From the human T2T-CHM13v2.0 reference genome, Homo sapiens, in the NCBI RefSeq assembly GCF_009914755.1, contig NC_060947.1: a stretch of 64,000 nt of DNA, one strand, 5' to 3'. Each line of letters begins with the position of its first letter. Position 1 is the stretch's first letter. Shown here piece by piece: positions 42,900-55,329 of this stretch. Below the pieces are notes generated by a model, which had not been told where the DNA came from, ran no database searches, and worked only from the letters and a program-made list of their open reading frames with translations. The translations under genes and the position numbers were made by a program.

Positions 42900-43830
42900 T
42901 CCCTGGCAGCGGTGTGACCGGAGGGAAAGGCAGCGGCGAGGGCCTTGGAGGACCTGCAGGCAGTGCCCCGCCCACCCAGATTTGGGTGACTTTCTGGCGA
43001 GTCCGGTGGGCCAGACTGCGCCCCCATTGGCCGAGGGGAGGTGGGCGGGGCGTCCCTACAGCCCTACTCGCCGACGCTCCCTCCCCACTTGAGCTGAGTG
43101 GACTCGGGTTGACAACGGCTAAGCAGCCGCGGCAGCTGCTCTTCTGGCTGGCACCGTCACCCCTGCCCGACCCCAGGCCCCGCGTGTGTCCCGGACGGAG
43201 CAGTCCCTCCTGGGCTCGCCTCCTGCCCGCTCGCTCTGTGTCAGCGCCCGAACCCAAAGGGGTGGACGCGGCCTCCAGGTAGGAGTCTGGGCGACGGCAG
43301 GGGGAGATCCAGACAAACGGGGGCGCCTGGGGCTCCCTCTCCCCGCTTTGCCTCTCTGGCGCGCTCCGGCTCGGCCCTTCTCCTAGCGGTTCCGCCGGGC
43401 GGCGTACGCAAGAGACAGGGAGGAAGCGAGCCGAGCCACCCCCGCCCCTGGGATTGGGGGGTCAGAATCGCCGAAATTGGGGGACCCCCGAGCGCGCCAG
43501 CCGCGCGTCTTCCAGCGAAGCCTCGCGAGTGGGGCGGTGGAAGGCAGCTGTCCGCCTGTTACCGCCGGGCCCGTGGGTCTCGCAGCCGTCGCTCTGGGGC
43601 TTTGGAGGGGCGTTGCAGCTGGCCGGGGGCGGCAGAGCTTCAGGCTCTGTTGCCGGGTCGCGCCAGATCTCCTGCCCTCTCCTTTCTCTGCTTTCGAGGG
43701 CATTTCCAGGAAGCCCCCGTCCGGCTGTATGGGTTTTCCCGTCGGCCACTGCCTCATTGCTTTCTCTCCTGAGAAATGCCCAGGACTTCTTGGTATTAAG
43801 ATAGCTGCGGGGACCAAGCGAAAACGTTTG
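42900..43830 (+). promoter_or_regulatory. STARD8: CpG island / internal STARD8 promoter with probable non-coding first exon ending at 43278
   Basis: Dense CpG; GC boxes (ccccgccc ~42966, gggcgggg ~43043); inverted CCAAT (attgg 43026-43030); donor ccag|gtagga at 43278/43279; no ATG in 43050-43278. Consistent with the known SAM-less DLC3-beta type transcript, though the exon assignment is inferred. Confidence 0.72.
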
Positions 43831-46369
43831 GACACGTCTCATCTTCATAGGCCTCATTTTCCCATAAAGTCCAAAATGGGTTTGGATTAGAGGAAAGGCT
43901 TTTAGTGGAAGTTTTTGGAATTTCCAAATTAGGTAGTGTGGGGTTCTCTCCACGTTCCTCCTGACACTTGTGAAAGTTGCGCGCTGAATTACGACTCAGG
44001 AAACTGGGGTTCAGCCAGTCCATGTGACCTTAGGCGAGTCATACTACTGTGTGGGCCATAGTGTTTTCAGCCACACCTCAGGTGGCAGCTTGATTTCAGT
44101 ATCTAAAGGGCCCGGTCTCTTTCACCCTGACATTTGTTTACTTGGTACCTGGGGTCAGGCTCCTAACTGGCAGGTAAAAGGTTGTCTCTGAGACGCTCGG
44201 GGTGGCAGCAGCTATGCACACGGAGAGCTTTGTGGTGATTATGCAGCTAAGCCAGCTGGAAAACTAGAGTGTGCGTGGAGGGGTGGGCGACAGCAGCCAG
44301 ACCAAGGTAGGGAGAGGTGGGAGTTTTCTTCCAGAGCCTGGGGCCCCAGAGGTTGGGGGCCTCAGAGATTGGGCTGGCTTGGAGCCTATGCTTACCCCCA
44401 AGTCCCAGGGCCTGGCTTCTCTCCCAGTCAGAGCCTAAGCGGGGAGGAGGGGTTAATGAATCACACCCAGGGCTATTTTCAAACCCTGACTCCTCCTGTG
44501 CGACCTGCTCCCTCCCCACTCTAGGGTTTGCCGCCCCCCCGCCCCCCACACCTGTATTATTGCCCTCTGAGTTTTCCTCTCATTTTCATCCTCCTGGAAT
44601 GAAAGGGGGACAAATCTTGTCTGCGGATGCGATGGGAAGGTGGGCAGCCCAAAGGCATGGAGAAGAAGGCTGCAGGTGATTTCTGGGTGGCTTTCGCAGT
44701 GGGAAGAGTGTGATGGGAAGGGTGGTGTTTTGCTGTAAGGGCATAGGGGTCGGTAGTGAAACTCTTTCACTCTAAAGGTACAGCTGCCATCTAGCTGGAC
44801 ATTCTGGGCTGGTTTTCATTTTAGGGACGTGGCCTTTTGTTAATGTGTTGGACTTTGGATTTTGGATTTCTGCTCCCTAGACCTCTATATTTAGTGCTAG
44901 GAAACACCACACTGGACACTGCCTCTCCTGTTTTTGGAGAATTATGCTAAACCTCTCTGTGCATCTACAGCTCCCCTCCCCCACCTAGAGAGGAGAAGCT
45001 GCCTACAGATGATATCTGGAGGTGTTTAGAGCAAGAAGGGCTGAACTGAAGGTGTGCAAAGCAAAGGGGCTGTGTGCGCTGTGTGCTTGCTTGAGACAGG
45101 GCTTGCAGTGAGTCATGTGGGGAGGATGGCAGAGCCTTCCTTATTCAAACACAATACCTCCTGAGTTCCAGCAGAGAAGCAAAGAAAGTGGCACCAAGAA
45201 GACTCGAATGTTGTCCCTCTCTGTCCTCTTAAAGTTTTAAAATTCCATTATTGGGACTACAGATTGGAGAGGGAGCAGAAGACCCCTGTGTCTAGGTTTA
45301 GAGGATAGCAACAGGGACACAAAGGCAAGAAGGTCCCAAAGGAAGGAGGGGATGGAGTCTCCAATTGGGAAGCTGTCACAGCTGCAGCTGCTTTGCTGCT
45401 AGGAGACTCCTGGAGCTCCTTATTTGAGCCATGGAAAGTTCAGGTTCAACAGATGGCAGGTTTATCACGTGCAGGCTGTGCCCTCACCTCTTTTCTGGCT
45501 AGAAGAAAGGGTTGCCTCTGCCTTGAAAAGAAGAGAAGGACCTTTTGCCTTAGGCTCCCAGTTTGGTTAGGATCAGGTGTCATGGCCCTGGGCCTTGGGA
45601 AAGCTGTTCAGCAGATAAAATAGGGACAGCAGATTTCAAAGATACAAGGGCTTTAGGGTGGGAAGTGTGAGCTCCCGGAGATCTAGGTGAGTTTTACATT
45701 CTTCCCCACCCCACAACAGGGTAGTTGGGCACTGGGTTGGGCACACAGTTGCTGGTGTCAGGTGTTTATTAAGGGGTCTTGGTTTGTGTGTGCGCACGTG
45801 TGCATGGGCATGCATTCGGGAAGGGTCCTGGTAGATAGGAATCAGTGGACTGGAGGCCACAGCCTGGGCCCTTGTCACAAGTCTGAAGTGCTGTGTTTGT
45901 GGGTGGAGTTTCCTTTTCCCCAGCCCTGCAGGTTGGTAACTTGCATGCTAAACAGTTGCTGTTCCTGTTTACCTCGACCACACACAGGAATTTTAGAACT
46001 GAATGTTAAGTTCCCTAGGAGTTCAGGGTGGTGTGGAGCAAAGAACAGGGGATTGGGAGTTGAACATGGGGAGCTTTAACTCCAGGCTCTGCCGCCCCCC
46101 TCAAATTCTCCGACTCTGGGTTTCTCCTCATTTTTTCCACTTCACTGGATTAAACTAGGGGATCCATAGCTAAGTGCTTTGTAAACTACCATGTGCTGTA
46201 TAAATTATTAGTCATTAAGTTTAGGCTTGGTGCTAGGTCTTGTGGAGGACACAGAGTAAAAACCCCCAGTTCCAGGGAATGTACCATCTAGTTTGGGGGT
46301 TAGTGGCATAAATAATACATGCCACTAATTATTTATGTATTAAATAATAATACCTTGGTGAGGACTTCA

Positions 46370-46672
46370 AAAAAATTATTGTGAATAATTTCAAACATAT
46401 ATAAAAATAGAGATAATTAGTGTACTAAGACCCCATGTACCCATCACCCAGTTTCAACAGCCATTTGCCCATGGCCAATCCTGCCCTGTCCATACTCTTA
46501 TCTACATCATGCCCTTGTTATTTTGAAACAAATCCCAGAAACCTTATCAGTTCATCTATACATATTTCAATACGTATTTCTAAAAGATAAGGATTCATAA
46601 AAACAACCATTATCACACCTAAAATAGTTTCTTAATATTATCAAATAACCGGTAAGTGTTCATATTTCCAAT
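46370..46672 (-). mobile_element. Old L1 (L1MC-like) 3'-end fragment
   Basis: aatttcaaacatatataaaaatagag...ccccatgtacccatcacccagtttcaaca...ttattttgaaacaaatcccaga, typical of L1MC4/5 ends. Confidence 0.7.
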
Positions 46673-48039
46673 TGTTGAGAAGGACTTATTTGCCCTGGAC
46701 GTCCATTCTGCCCTGGGAAATCCATTCCAGGGAGTGATTGCTTTTGACTGAGGGGAAGGTGACGGACAGAGGCAGTGGCATTTGAGCTGAACCTTGGAAG
46801 AGAGGCCCAGGAAAGGTCCCAGCCCAGATGTTAGCCGCCTCTAGGGCTCCAGATCTGGAGGCTGACCCATGGAGGCTTCTTGCGGAGACTTCCTGCCTTT
46901 GTTTCTCTAGCAGTAAATGACAGTTCTCACTCTCACACTTGCTTCCCCAGTCCAGGGCACCCAGGAGTTTGGGGTACGCAGGTCTGGGAGAATTCTGGGA
47001 GGCTGCTCTCCACCTAGGCCCCTCCCCTGCGCCTGGCCCCTGAGGCCAGTTCAGAGCAAAACAGGATGCATTCAGGATGAACGTCTTTCCCAGCTTGTCA
47101 TCTAATCACCAAGGCCCAGCTTGGAGCTTCCTCTCTCATTCATGATAAAAACCCTCACTGTCTCTCTTTTCCCTTCCGCCCCAGTAAGGGTGTGCTGACT
47201 TCCTCCATATCCGGGCCAGCCCTCTACCCCCATGTGGGGCTGAGGGAGAGATTCCCTCAGTGCAGGCCTCTGCCCCCACCCACCTCACCACAGCCTGTCA
47301 GAGAGGGAGAGAAAGACCCCAGGAATGTTCTCCCTGACTGCAGGCTCCTGCTCTTGGGCTGTCTTTGGGAAAAGAGCAGCCTCCTTCCAACAAGCCTGGG
47401 GTCCTGCCACTGCTTGGTTAATCATTGAGCCACATAATAACCACCTTGGAAAGTCATCTCTAGGGGATGGTCATTAACTAACTCCCTGTCCACCTCAGGC
47501 CTTAAAGAGACCATATCCTGAACCCTCACCTTCCCCCAAGGGAACATTGACAAACATTCACTCACGGGAACTTCTGGGGCCAGTGAAAAGTCTGCCCCTC
47601 CATCCTTTACTTGGCAAACGGAAGCAGTTATTCACACCATTTGAAGGACATGGGTTCAGCTTGGATGGTATTGAGAAGGGGAGCGGAGTGAATTGATGGG
47701 GATTTGGATGGGCAGTGGGGTCCAGCATCAGAGTTAAAAAGGGGTAGGGGGGTGTTTCTAGGAGTAGTTGATCGCCTCATCTCAATTTGAAAGTCTAAAA
47801 GAGCAAGAAATGCCCACCCAAAGGGTCTGCCGATGCTGGGTATGGGGTGAGGCTGTGTGAATGTGTGTCTGTTTTCAGTACAGCTGTGGGTCCCTCCACA
47901 CCAGGCTGCAGTGGAAATGGGGACAGCCAACCACATGATTGCTGCTGAGAGGCTGAGGACCTCTGTAAGTGGAGGAGGATGCCTTCCTCCGGGAGCCTGT
48001 ATCTGGACAAGCAGTGGCACTTGGTAAGGGTCGGGCCAG

Positions 48040-48087
48040 GACCCAGACCCAGACCCAGACCCAGACCCAGACCCAGACCCAGACCCA
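48040..48087. repeat. (GACCCA)8 hexanucleotide repeat, (TGGGTC)8 on the - strand
   Basis: Counted directly. Confidence 0.95.
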
Positions 48088-48789
48088 ATTTAGAAAGCTC
48101 CAGACCATATGCAGTTTCCTGCAGTTTCAGTAGGAAGAGAAGGAACCACCCCGTGGGCCTACTACAGAGTTGGGAAACGGCTTCTGGTTCTGCCCCCTCT
48201 ATAGCTTTCTCTCGGTGAGTGATTTTTGCTTTCTCTGGGCCTCAATTTCCACAACTATAAAGTGGGTAGGGCAGTTGGCAGGCAGACTCAGTGGTCTGTG
48301 AGCCTTCCTTTCAGCTATGCAAGTATGCCTCCCCACTCAAGACCCTTTTCTTATCTACCAGGCAATGGTGAGCTGGCTTCAAATTCAATCAGGCCCAGAC
48401 ACTGAATGTTCTCAGCTGGCTGGGTCAGTTGGAGCTGGCCAAGCCCTGAATTGCCACAGCTTGGGTTCTCCTTGTGCTTGGGCATTTCTGCAGTTTGCTC
48501 TCTGGCCCCTCCCCAAGCCTGTGTCTGTCCCTAGTGGCCAGCCACTCTCTGACCCATTCAGCCACAAGTTAATGAGTGAACTGCTCCCCCTGGGTCGTAC
48601 CAGCCCAAGGTGCTCCTGGGATCCTAGGTCCCTGTGGGAAGCAGCCAAGGGCCTAGCCAGCTCCAGTCACCTTTATGCTCTCTCCCACAACCCCTCTAGA
48701 GGTAGGTATGCAGGCAGAGCTCAGGGCAGAAGGACCTTTAGAGGGCACTAGGTCCAACTTTCCTTCTGAAGCTTGGGGCTTCCCGACAG

Positions 48790-49140
48790 GTACTTGTGCA
48801 GTTCCTGCTCACTCATGTTCAATACCTGGGAATGTGATATGTTTCAAGCAAGTTGCTTTCGTCTTTGGAATGTGTGAAAGTTTTCTCTTATGTTGAACTT
48901 AACTGTGCCTCCCTGAGGCTTCTAACCCTGGGTTCCGAGTGTGCCCTCTGGGACCACCTGGACCCTGTCTGCTCTCTCTGACCTTCAGGGATCTGAGGAT
49001 GGAACCCAAGTGCACCTGTGTCTTCTCTAGGCCAAACAACCTTCAAGCGTCTGCGCTCCTTCTCAGACCTGGAGCAGCCCCCTTCCCAGCCTCATCACTG
49101 TCCTCTGTCCTCCCTACATGCTACTGTTTATGGCCCCCTT
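48790..49140. mobile_element. L3/CR1 LINE relic (similar relics ~4520-4660 and ~21560-21700)
   Basis: gaaagttttctcttatgttgaacttaactgtgcctccctg ... cttctctaggccaaacaacc resembles L3 sequence. Confidence 0.5.
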
Positions 49141-52100
49141 AACATGTGGGGGCAGGAAATGGGGCACTGGAAACCCCTCACTCCCCTTAGTTTATTTATA
49201 GTCTGAACTTGTTCAGATGACTTTTCCATAATCCTTTTCTGGTTACCACAACAGGTAGACTCCTAACCCCCAGAATCTTGGGTGCAAATACCTTAGACAA
49301 CACTGATTTGTTTATGGTTCAGGTCCAGCCAGCTCTCACGATTGGAGAGCCCTTGGAAGGTAGGGCCTTCTTATTGGTGCCCCCATAGTGGAGGACAAGC
49401 CTGGTGTTAGTAGGTGTTCCCCTTGTTGAGTTAAATACAATGTAATATGTGGGGGGCTTCCAGCGTACCCTGCTTTCCTGCCACTCGGTTTTATCTTTGG
49501 AGTTGGTCAGGGGTGGGTGGAGGGAAGGGGATATTTTAGGGAGTACTGAAGCCGGAAATGAGTATGAGCCATGCCCACAGTGGGGCCTAGAAGAGTGAAT
49601 CAGACAGTGAGAAATACCAACGTAGCCATTCCTTCCCCTGGCAGTTGATGATGATGACTATGAGTCCTCCCATTTCTTCAGTTGCCAAGGCACTTTCACT
49701 TCCATGATTCCATTGTGTTCTTAGAGCAGCCCTGTAAAGTAGATGGTATGATTTCCCCAGAATGATCTGTGGTGGTCTCCACCTGAGGCCCAGGGAAGGG
49801 AAGAACAGTCTCCAGTGAGGGAGGATTTGGAGCCCAGGTCTCCTGACCCTCAGCCCTCCCTGTTTTCCCCAAACCACACCCAGCAGCCATGGCAGCCGGG
49901 GCTGACTCGGCAGCTTCCCCACCACAGAGGAACCCCTGCCCTGGCTGCAACTCTGTTCCTGTGAGAGAGTGAGCTCCAAGGGACGTGGCCTAGGATTTCC
50001 TGTCCTTTATCTGGGCTGGCCAAAGGCTGGCCTGTCTGAGGTGTGAGATAGGCACCTGCAGCCAGCCTTTCTGCTCCAGGCTGAGGTCAAGTCAGGCTGT
50101 GGCAGAGGCAGTGAGCTTGTGGGAAGAGCTTGTCCCCAAACATCTGTCCTGAGCAGTGCCCACACCAGCAGGGCCTTCTAAATGGGAAAAACAGAGAGGG
50201 GAATGTGGAAAAGGGGTCAGAGTGGAGCAGAAGTAAAATACGTCCTGAGCTGTACACAAGCTCTCATGTTCACAGTGCTGGGAGACTTTGGGCAAATTAC
50301 TTAACTTCTCTGAGCCTTCATTTTGTCAGCTCTAAAATGGAGATATGTACCCACCTCATGGAGTTGTTGAATATTAAATCCAACAATATAAATAAAATTA
50401 TTGCCATTATTGTTGCTTGGTAGTACCTTCTGCAGTCCTGTCATTTGGTTGTTTTTCACTGACCTGGGGGTGGGCAGTTCTCAAACCTGCCACCTCGTGG
50501 GCATTCGGTCTGGACTTTGCAGTCATTTCAGAGTCCACCTTACCCAGAAAAGCTCCCTTTGGCCATGCCCACCCACAGGGCTCCCTTCCTCTGGCCTTCT
50601 TTAGTGGCATTCGCGACACTCAACAGGCTATAGTAGTGATGGTGACACCAATAATAATAGTGAACTCTTCTAAATTCTTGGCAAATTTTAACTTCTTTAG
50701 CATTCATGGCAATTCCATAAGGTAGGTACTGCTATCTTTGTCTCTCTTTTATTTAATAAACTTGCCCAAGGTCACATATCCGGGGAGTGATGGAGCTGGG
50801 ATCAGGACCCAGGTGGTCTGACTCCACCTCCTGACATCTTTAATGACTGGGCCATGCCTCTCTCCAGATGCCTGGCCAGGAGGCAAGAGCTGAGGTTCGG
50901 GTCTCCTTCCCCACCTGAGTGCTCATCACACGCACCAGTGATCAGTCACTTCTGGACAGGCAGTCCCCAGGTCCTTGCCTGTCTGCTCTGTGCACTTCTT
51001 CTCACCCTCCATCACCAAGGTGGACAGATGGATAGAGGGAAGACATGGAGGAGTGGGTATTCATGCTCTAAAACAGAGCTGCATTGGGGTGGGGAGGGAG
51101 TGCAGGAGGGAGTTGGGCAGTGGGGGTGGCAGTGTGGGCAGTGGGGGTGGCAGTGTGGTTCTGACATCAGCACCAGGCCTGCCTGATTAGCACCTTCTAG
51201 TACTGGGGGTGGAGAACAGGGTGCTGGGTGGCATCAGGGAGGAAGAGACATTTGAATATGCTCTCTTGACAACCAGGTTGCATTATTTAGAAGGCATGGG
51301 TGGTTAGGGGCTGGCAGGAGGCTGGCTGGATTAGCTCTTATGATCACTAGCTGGCGTGTCCCATGCTAGAATTGGGTGGGAGGAGGTTGTCCAGAAGCTG
51401 TAGCCCTCCCCGAAGTGCTTCCATCTCAGGGTCTTGGGGGCTGCAAGCTTCCTTCCCTCAGGCTGTACTAGCTGCCAGCTCCATTGCTTCAGGGCTTATT
51501 CCCCTTTATCTTGCCTCCGAAGCAAGCTCCAGGGAGTGCTACGAAGGCCAGTCCATGGTAGCCTGTCTCCCTGAGAAGGATGGGCCTGGCAGCAGCTCTG
51601 GCCGAGTGCTGCAGGAGAATTCAGTTTTTGTTCTGTTTTCAGACCTTAGTACCCAGCATAGGGCTTGGCACCAAGTAGGTGCTTGGGTATTATTAGTTGA
51701 ATAAATTCACAGTCCATGGGGAGTGGATTCTAAAGGGAGAGCCGAGGGAGGCTGAAATGGGAACAGGTCAACAGGAGGGCTGTGGTTATTTAGGTAGGCT
51801 TCTGGCCCAATCTGTAGTCCAACAGAAGCTACATGACCTATTGCAGCCTCAGTTTTCCCATTTGTACCATAGGCATTACCTGCTTTGGAGGAGTTCTTGT
51901 GGGGACCAAGTGACATACAGGATGATCAAGTGCTTTCCTGGCTGATAGGAAGTTAAATTCAGGCTAACCACTCTTACTACAAAAACCCTGGTAGATGATT
52001 TTGTGTCTGCTGTGTGCCAGGCCCCAGCCTAGACAATTTCTTTTCTTTAATGAGGAAGATTCTAACTTGGTAGCTCTGACTCTAGAGCCAAACTGCCTGG

Positions 52101-52427
52101 ATTTGCATCTTGGCTCACCTCTTCTTAGCTGCTGACCTTGGGCAAGTTACTCCATATCTCTGGGCCTCAGTTTCCTCCTCTGTAAAATAGAGATATTATT
52201 GGAGCACTTAGCTCACAGGTTTGTTGTGAAGATTCAATGACATAATACACATTAAAAAAAAAAACTTAAAGAAATGTCTGGGATATAATAATGGCTCAGT
52301 ACAAAGTCCATGGCTCAGGGCACATAGTAAGTACTGTATAACTATTAGTGTCTGCTATATTTTATTAATAATTACATTCAGTATCTTAAATATTGCTGTC
52401 ATTAATGAGTAAGAAGTATAGAGCCAG

Positions 52428-52725
<298 letters not shown>

Positions 52726-53609
52726 AAGAGGTACAGAGAGGTGACAAATAGGCTACGTCTTCAGGTGGCTAGCCTGTTAACTCTTCCCACTGTACCCTGT
52801 AACTTCTACGCCCATAGGCCCTACAGAGCTGTAAGACCACCATTTGGGGTTCTCCTTCCCTTGGCCCTACCATGGCCTGAGCATGCACGTCATCACCCTT
52901 GCCCCCAGAGCCCTAGGCTCCGCCCCTTGCTATGTGCTCAGCATCACAGCCCTCCCTCTGGCTCTCCTTGGGGCTGGGGGAGGGGTCGTGTCTGCTCCCT
53001 TCCCGGGGAGGCCACTTCTCTCAGGCCCATTTCCTTTCTATCAGAGACAATTTTCTCTGGATCTCAGGGTGGGGCCAGGCTCCTTCAAGGCATTTCCTGC
53101 CCAGGAGTTTATATTTGGCCTGAGCAAAAGGAAAGGGAAGTAGGCAAGGGGGTGGGATGCAGACGTGGTGGCACAGGGTCAAAACAGACAAGTGCCAAGA
53201 CTTTCCAGACCAAGAGAGGGAGGCAGGAGGTAGGCATGCCCCTTCTCTCAAGTGAACGTGGGTGCCCTCCCCTGAGCTTGGCAGAGTGAAGTGCTCCTTC
53301 AGGTCATAATGCCTCCACCATCAAGCAGAGTTCATTTTCTGTTCGCACATCTCTGAGCCTTGGTTCCTGGCTATGTGGTTTCTGTCCTAGGGCAAGGCTT
53401 TGAGGTGAAGACATGTGCTCAATTCCATTTCTAGTGCTGTGGTGATACCAGACAAGGGAGCAGAGTCAGAGGCCTCTATACTGTGTAGTGGGAAGTAGGG
53501 CTTCCTGTCTGTGTGTTGCCAGAACATTCGGTAGCCCTTAACACACTGCAGCGGCAACACAAAGACCAAAAGTACCCAGTGCAGAGAAGCCCCCAGTTGA
53601 ATGGGGGAT

Positions 53610-54210
53610 AGACTCACATGCTGCTGAGATGATCATGGAAATGTGTTAGGGGACTGCTTCATTGAACTGAGCCACTGGGTGTTAGGGGGTTGGTGAGAGG
53701 TCAGGGGAGGCTTCGCGGGAGTGGGTGTTTGACCTCCAGCTTGATGAAGAAATAGCAGTTTGAAGCTTCAAATCAGGCCATGTCTAGATTGTGCAGAGCC
53801 TTGAATGCCAGGGAGCAGTCAAGACTATCTGCCCCAGGCTGTGGGAGCTCTTTAGGTTGTAGAGTAGGGGAGCGGCCAGGTTAGAGCTGGGCTCTTGGAA
53901 GAAGCAGCTGGCAGGATGGCCCCTTGAAAGGAGAGGCTGGAGGCTGGGAACTTGGAGGGCTGAAGTAATCCAGGCAGGAGAACCTAGAGCACAGTTGGGC
54001 AGGAAAAAACCCAACCATTTGATGGAAAAGTTGGTAGAATTTGGTGCCTAAATACATGTGGCCAGAAGAGAGCAAGGATGACTTGAGGTTTAAGCCTAGG
54101 CAGTGGGCGTATTGGGAGGCAGGAACATATAGAGAGCTGGTTTGTGGGGAAAGATGGGTTTGGTTTGCGTTGCCACTGAGGTTCCTCGCTTGGGTCCTCA
54201 GAAGAGAATG
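53610..54210 (-). mobile_element. Degenerate L2 fragment
   Basis: gggaggcttcgcgggagtggg...tttgacc; cagagccttgaatgccagg; aaggatgacttgaggtttaagcctagg, typical of minus-strand L2. Confidence 0.55.
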
Positions 54211-55117
54211 TGAAGGAAGGAAGCTCCCCGCACTGAGACAGCCACTACGCATCACACACACCTCTGCTGCAGCTCTAGATTTTGGGGAACGGCCATTAGG
54301 AGATGTGGAAACTGAGGTTCAGACAGAGGTAATGGCTTGCCTGAGGTTATGCAAGTTGCTCATGGAGCTAAGGCCAGAAGGTAGTTCACCTGACCGTTAG
54401 TCCAATACTTTCCACTCAAACCACAGTGGAGAGCAGTCACCGCTGGCCTAATATCTGCCCCAGACTGGTTTGGCTGGCATCATTTATCTCTAGGCCAGGG
54501 ACTGGAGATGGTGGAGTAGCACATGGCTCATTAAAACAACTCTCTCTTTCCTAGGCACCATGACCTTGTCAGAGCACCTGGGACTGGGTTGGGGGCAGGA
54601 GCCCCTTGGGGGCAAGAAAACTAATGGAGCAACTGCAGCAGAGCAGGTGGCAGCTTTGACCTTCCTTGTCATAGGGAAACCCAGTGCCAGGCAGGAATGT
54701 TAGCTGTCTACTTTGGTCCTGCCATACCAAGCTCAAGCCCAGGAGCCCACAGGCTGGGCTGCCTCTGGACCCAAATTCTCCAGCAGCCTCAGTGGGCCTG
54801 AGGTCTGGTTTAACCTCAGGGTGCTCGTGACTCTCCCTCATTTACAGCTGCACACAGGAGCTCAGGCCACTGCTTCACGGAGAGGAGCGGGGAACCACAG
54901 TTGGGGGTTTCTTGTGTAACTTCCATTTTTAAATAAAATGCCAAACCAGAATTGCCACCTCTTCCTGGCCGATCCTGCAAGGTGTCCACGGTGTGCAAAG
55001 GCTAGGGACCACCACTGAATGTTGCACCCATTCTTCACTTCAGCCCCCAGGACATCCTGGGGGGAGGGTGGGCTGCCCAGAGGGGCCGGAGGCCCCAGAT
55101 AAGGCAGAGGCCAACCC

Positions 55118-55329
55118 TCAGGATCTCGTGCTTCAGATCTGGAGTCAACCTTCCTTTGTCTGGGGCTGTCTGGTGTGGTGTATGATGTTTAGCAACATCC
55201 CTGGCCTCTACTGAGTAGATGCTAGCAGCATTTACTCCTTGACCCCCACCAATTGAGATGACCAAAAACGTCTCCAGACATTGCCAAATGTCCCCTGGGG
55301 GAAAAATTGTCCCTGGTTGAGAATCCCTG
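55118..55329 (-). mobile_element. MER20 (hAT-Charlie) DNA transposon
   Basis: gatgtttagcaacatccctggcctctac ... accaaaaacgtctccagacattgccaaatgtcccctggggg ... ggttgagaatccctg matches the reverse complement of the MER20 consensus. Confidence 0.88.

Noticed and set aside
45660-45692. Strong donor-like tag|gtgagt
   Set aside because: In-frame TGA at 45668 and no convincing acceptor or promoter; such matches are expected by chance in 47 kb.
47879-48023. Possible cassette exon (ttttcag| ... tct|gtaagt or ttg|gtaagg)
   Set aside because: All acceptor/donor combinations I tried are either not multiples of 3 or contain a TGA in the STARD8 frame; local ATGs give phase 0 or 2.
51114-51158. Two-copy 21-bp G-rich tandem repeat
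   Set aside because: Trivial local duplication with no further structure.
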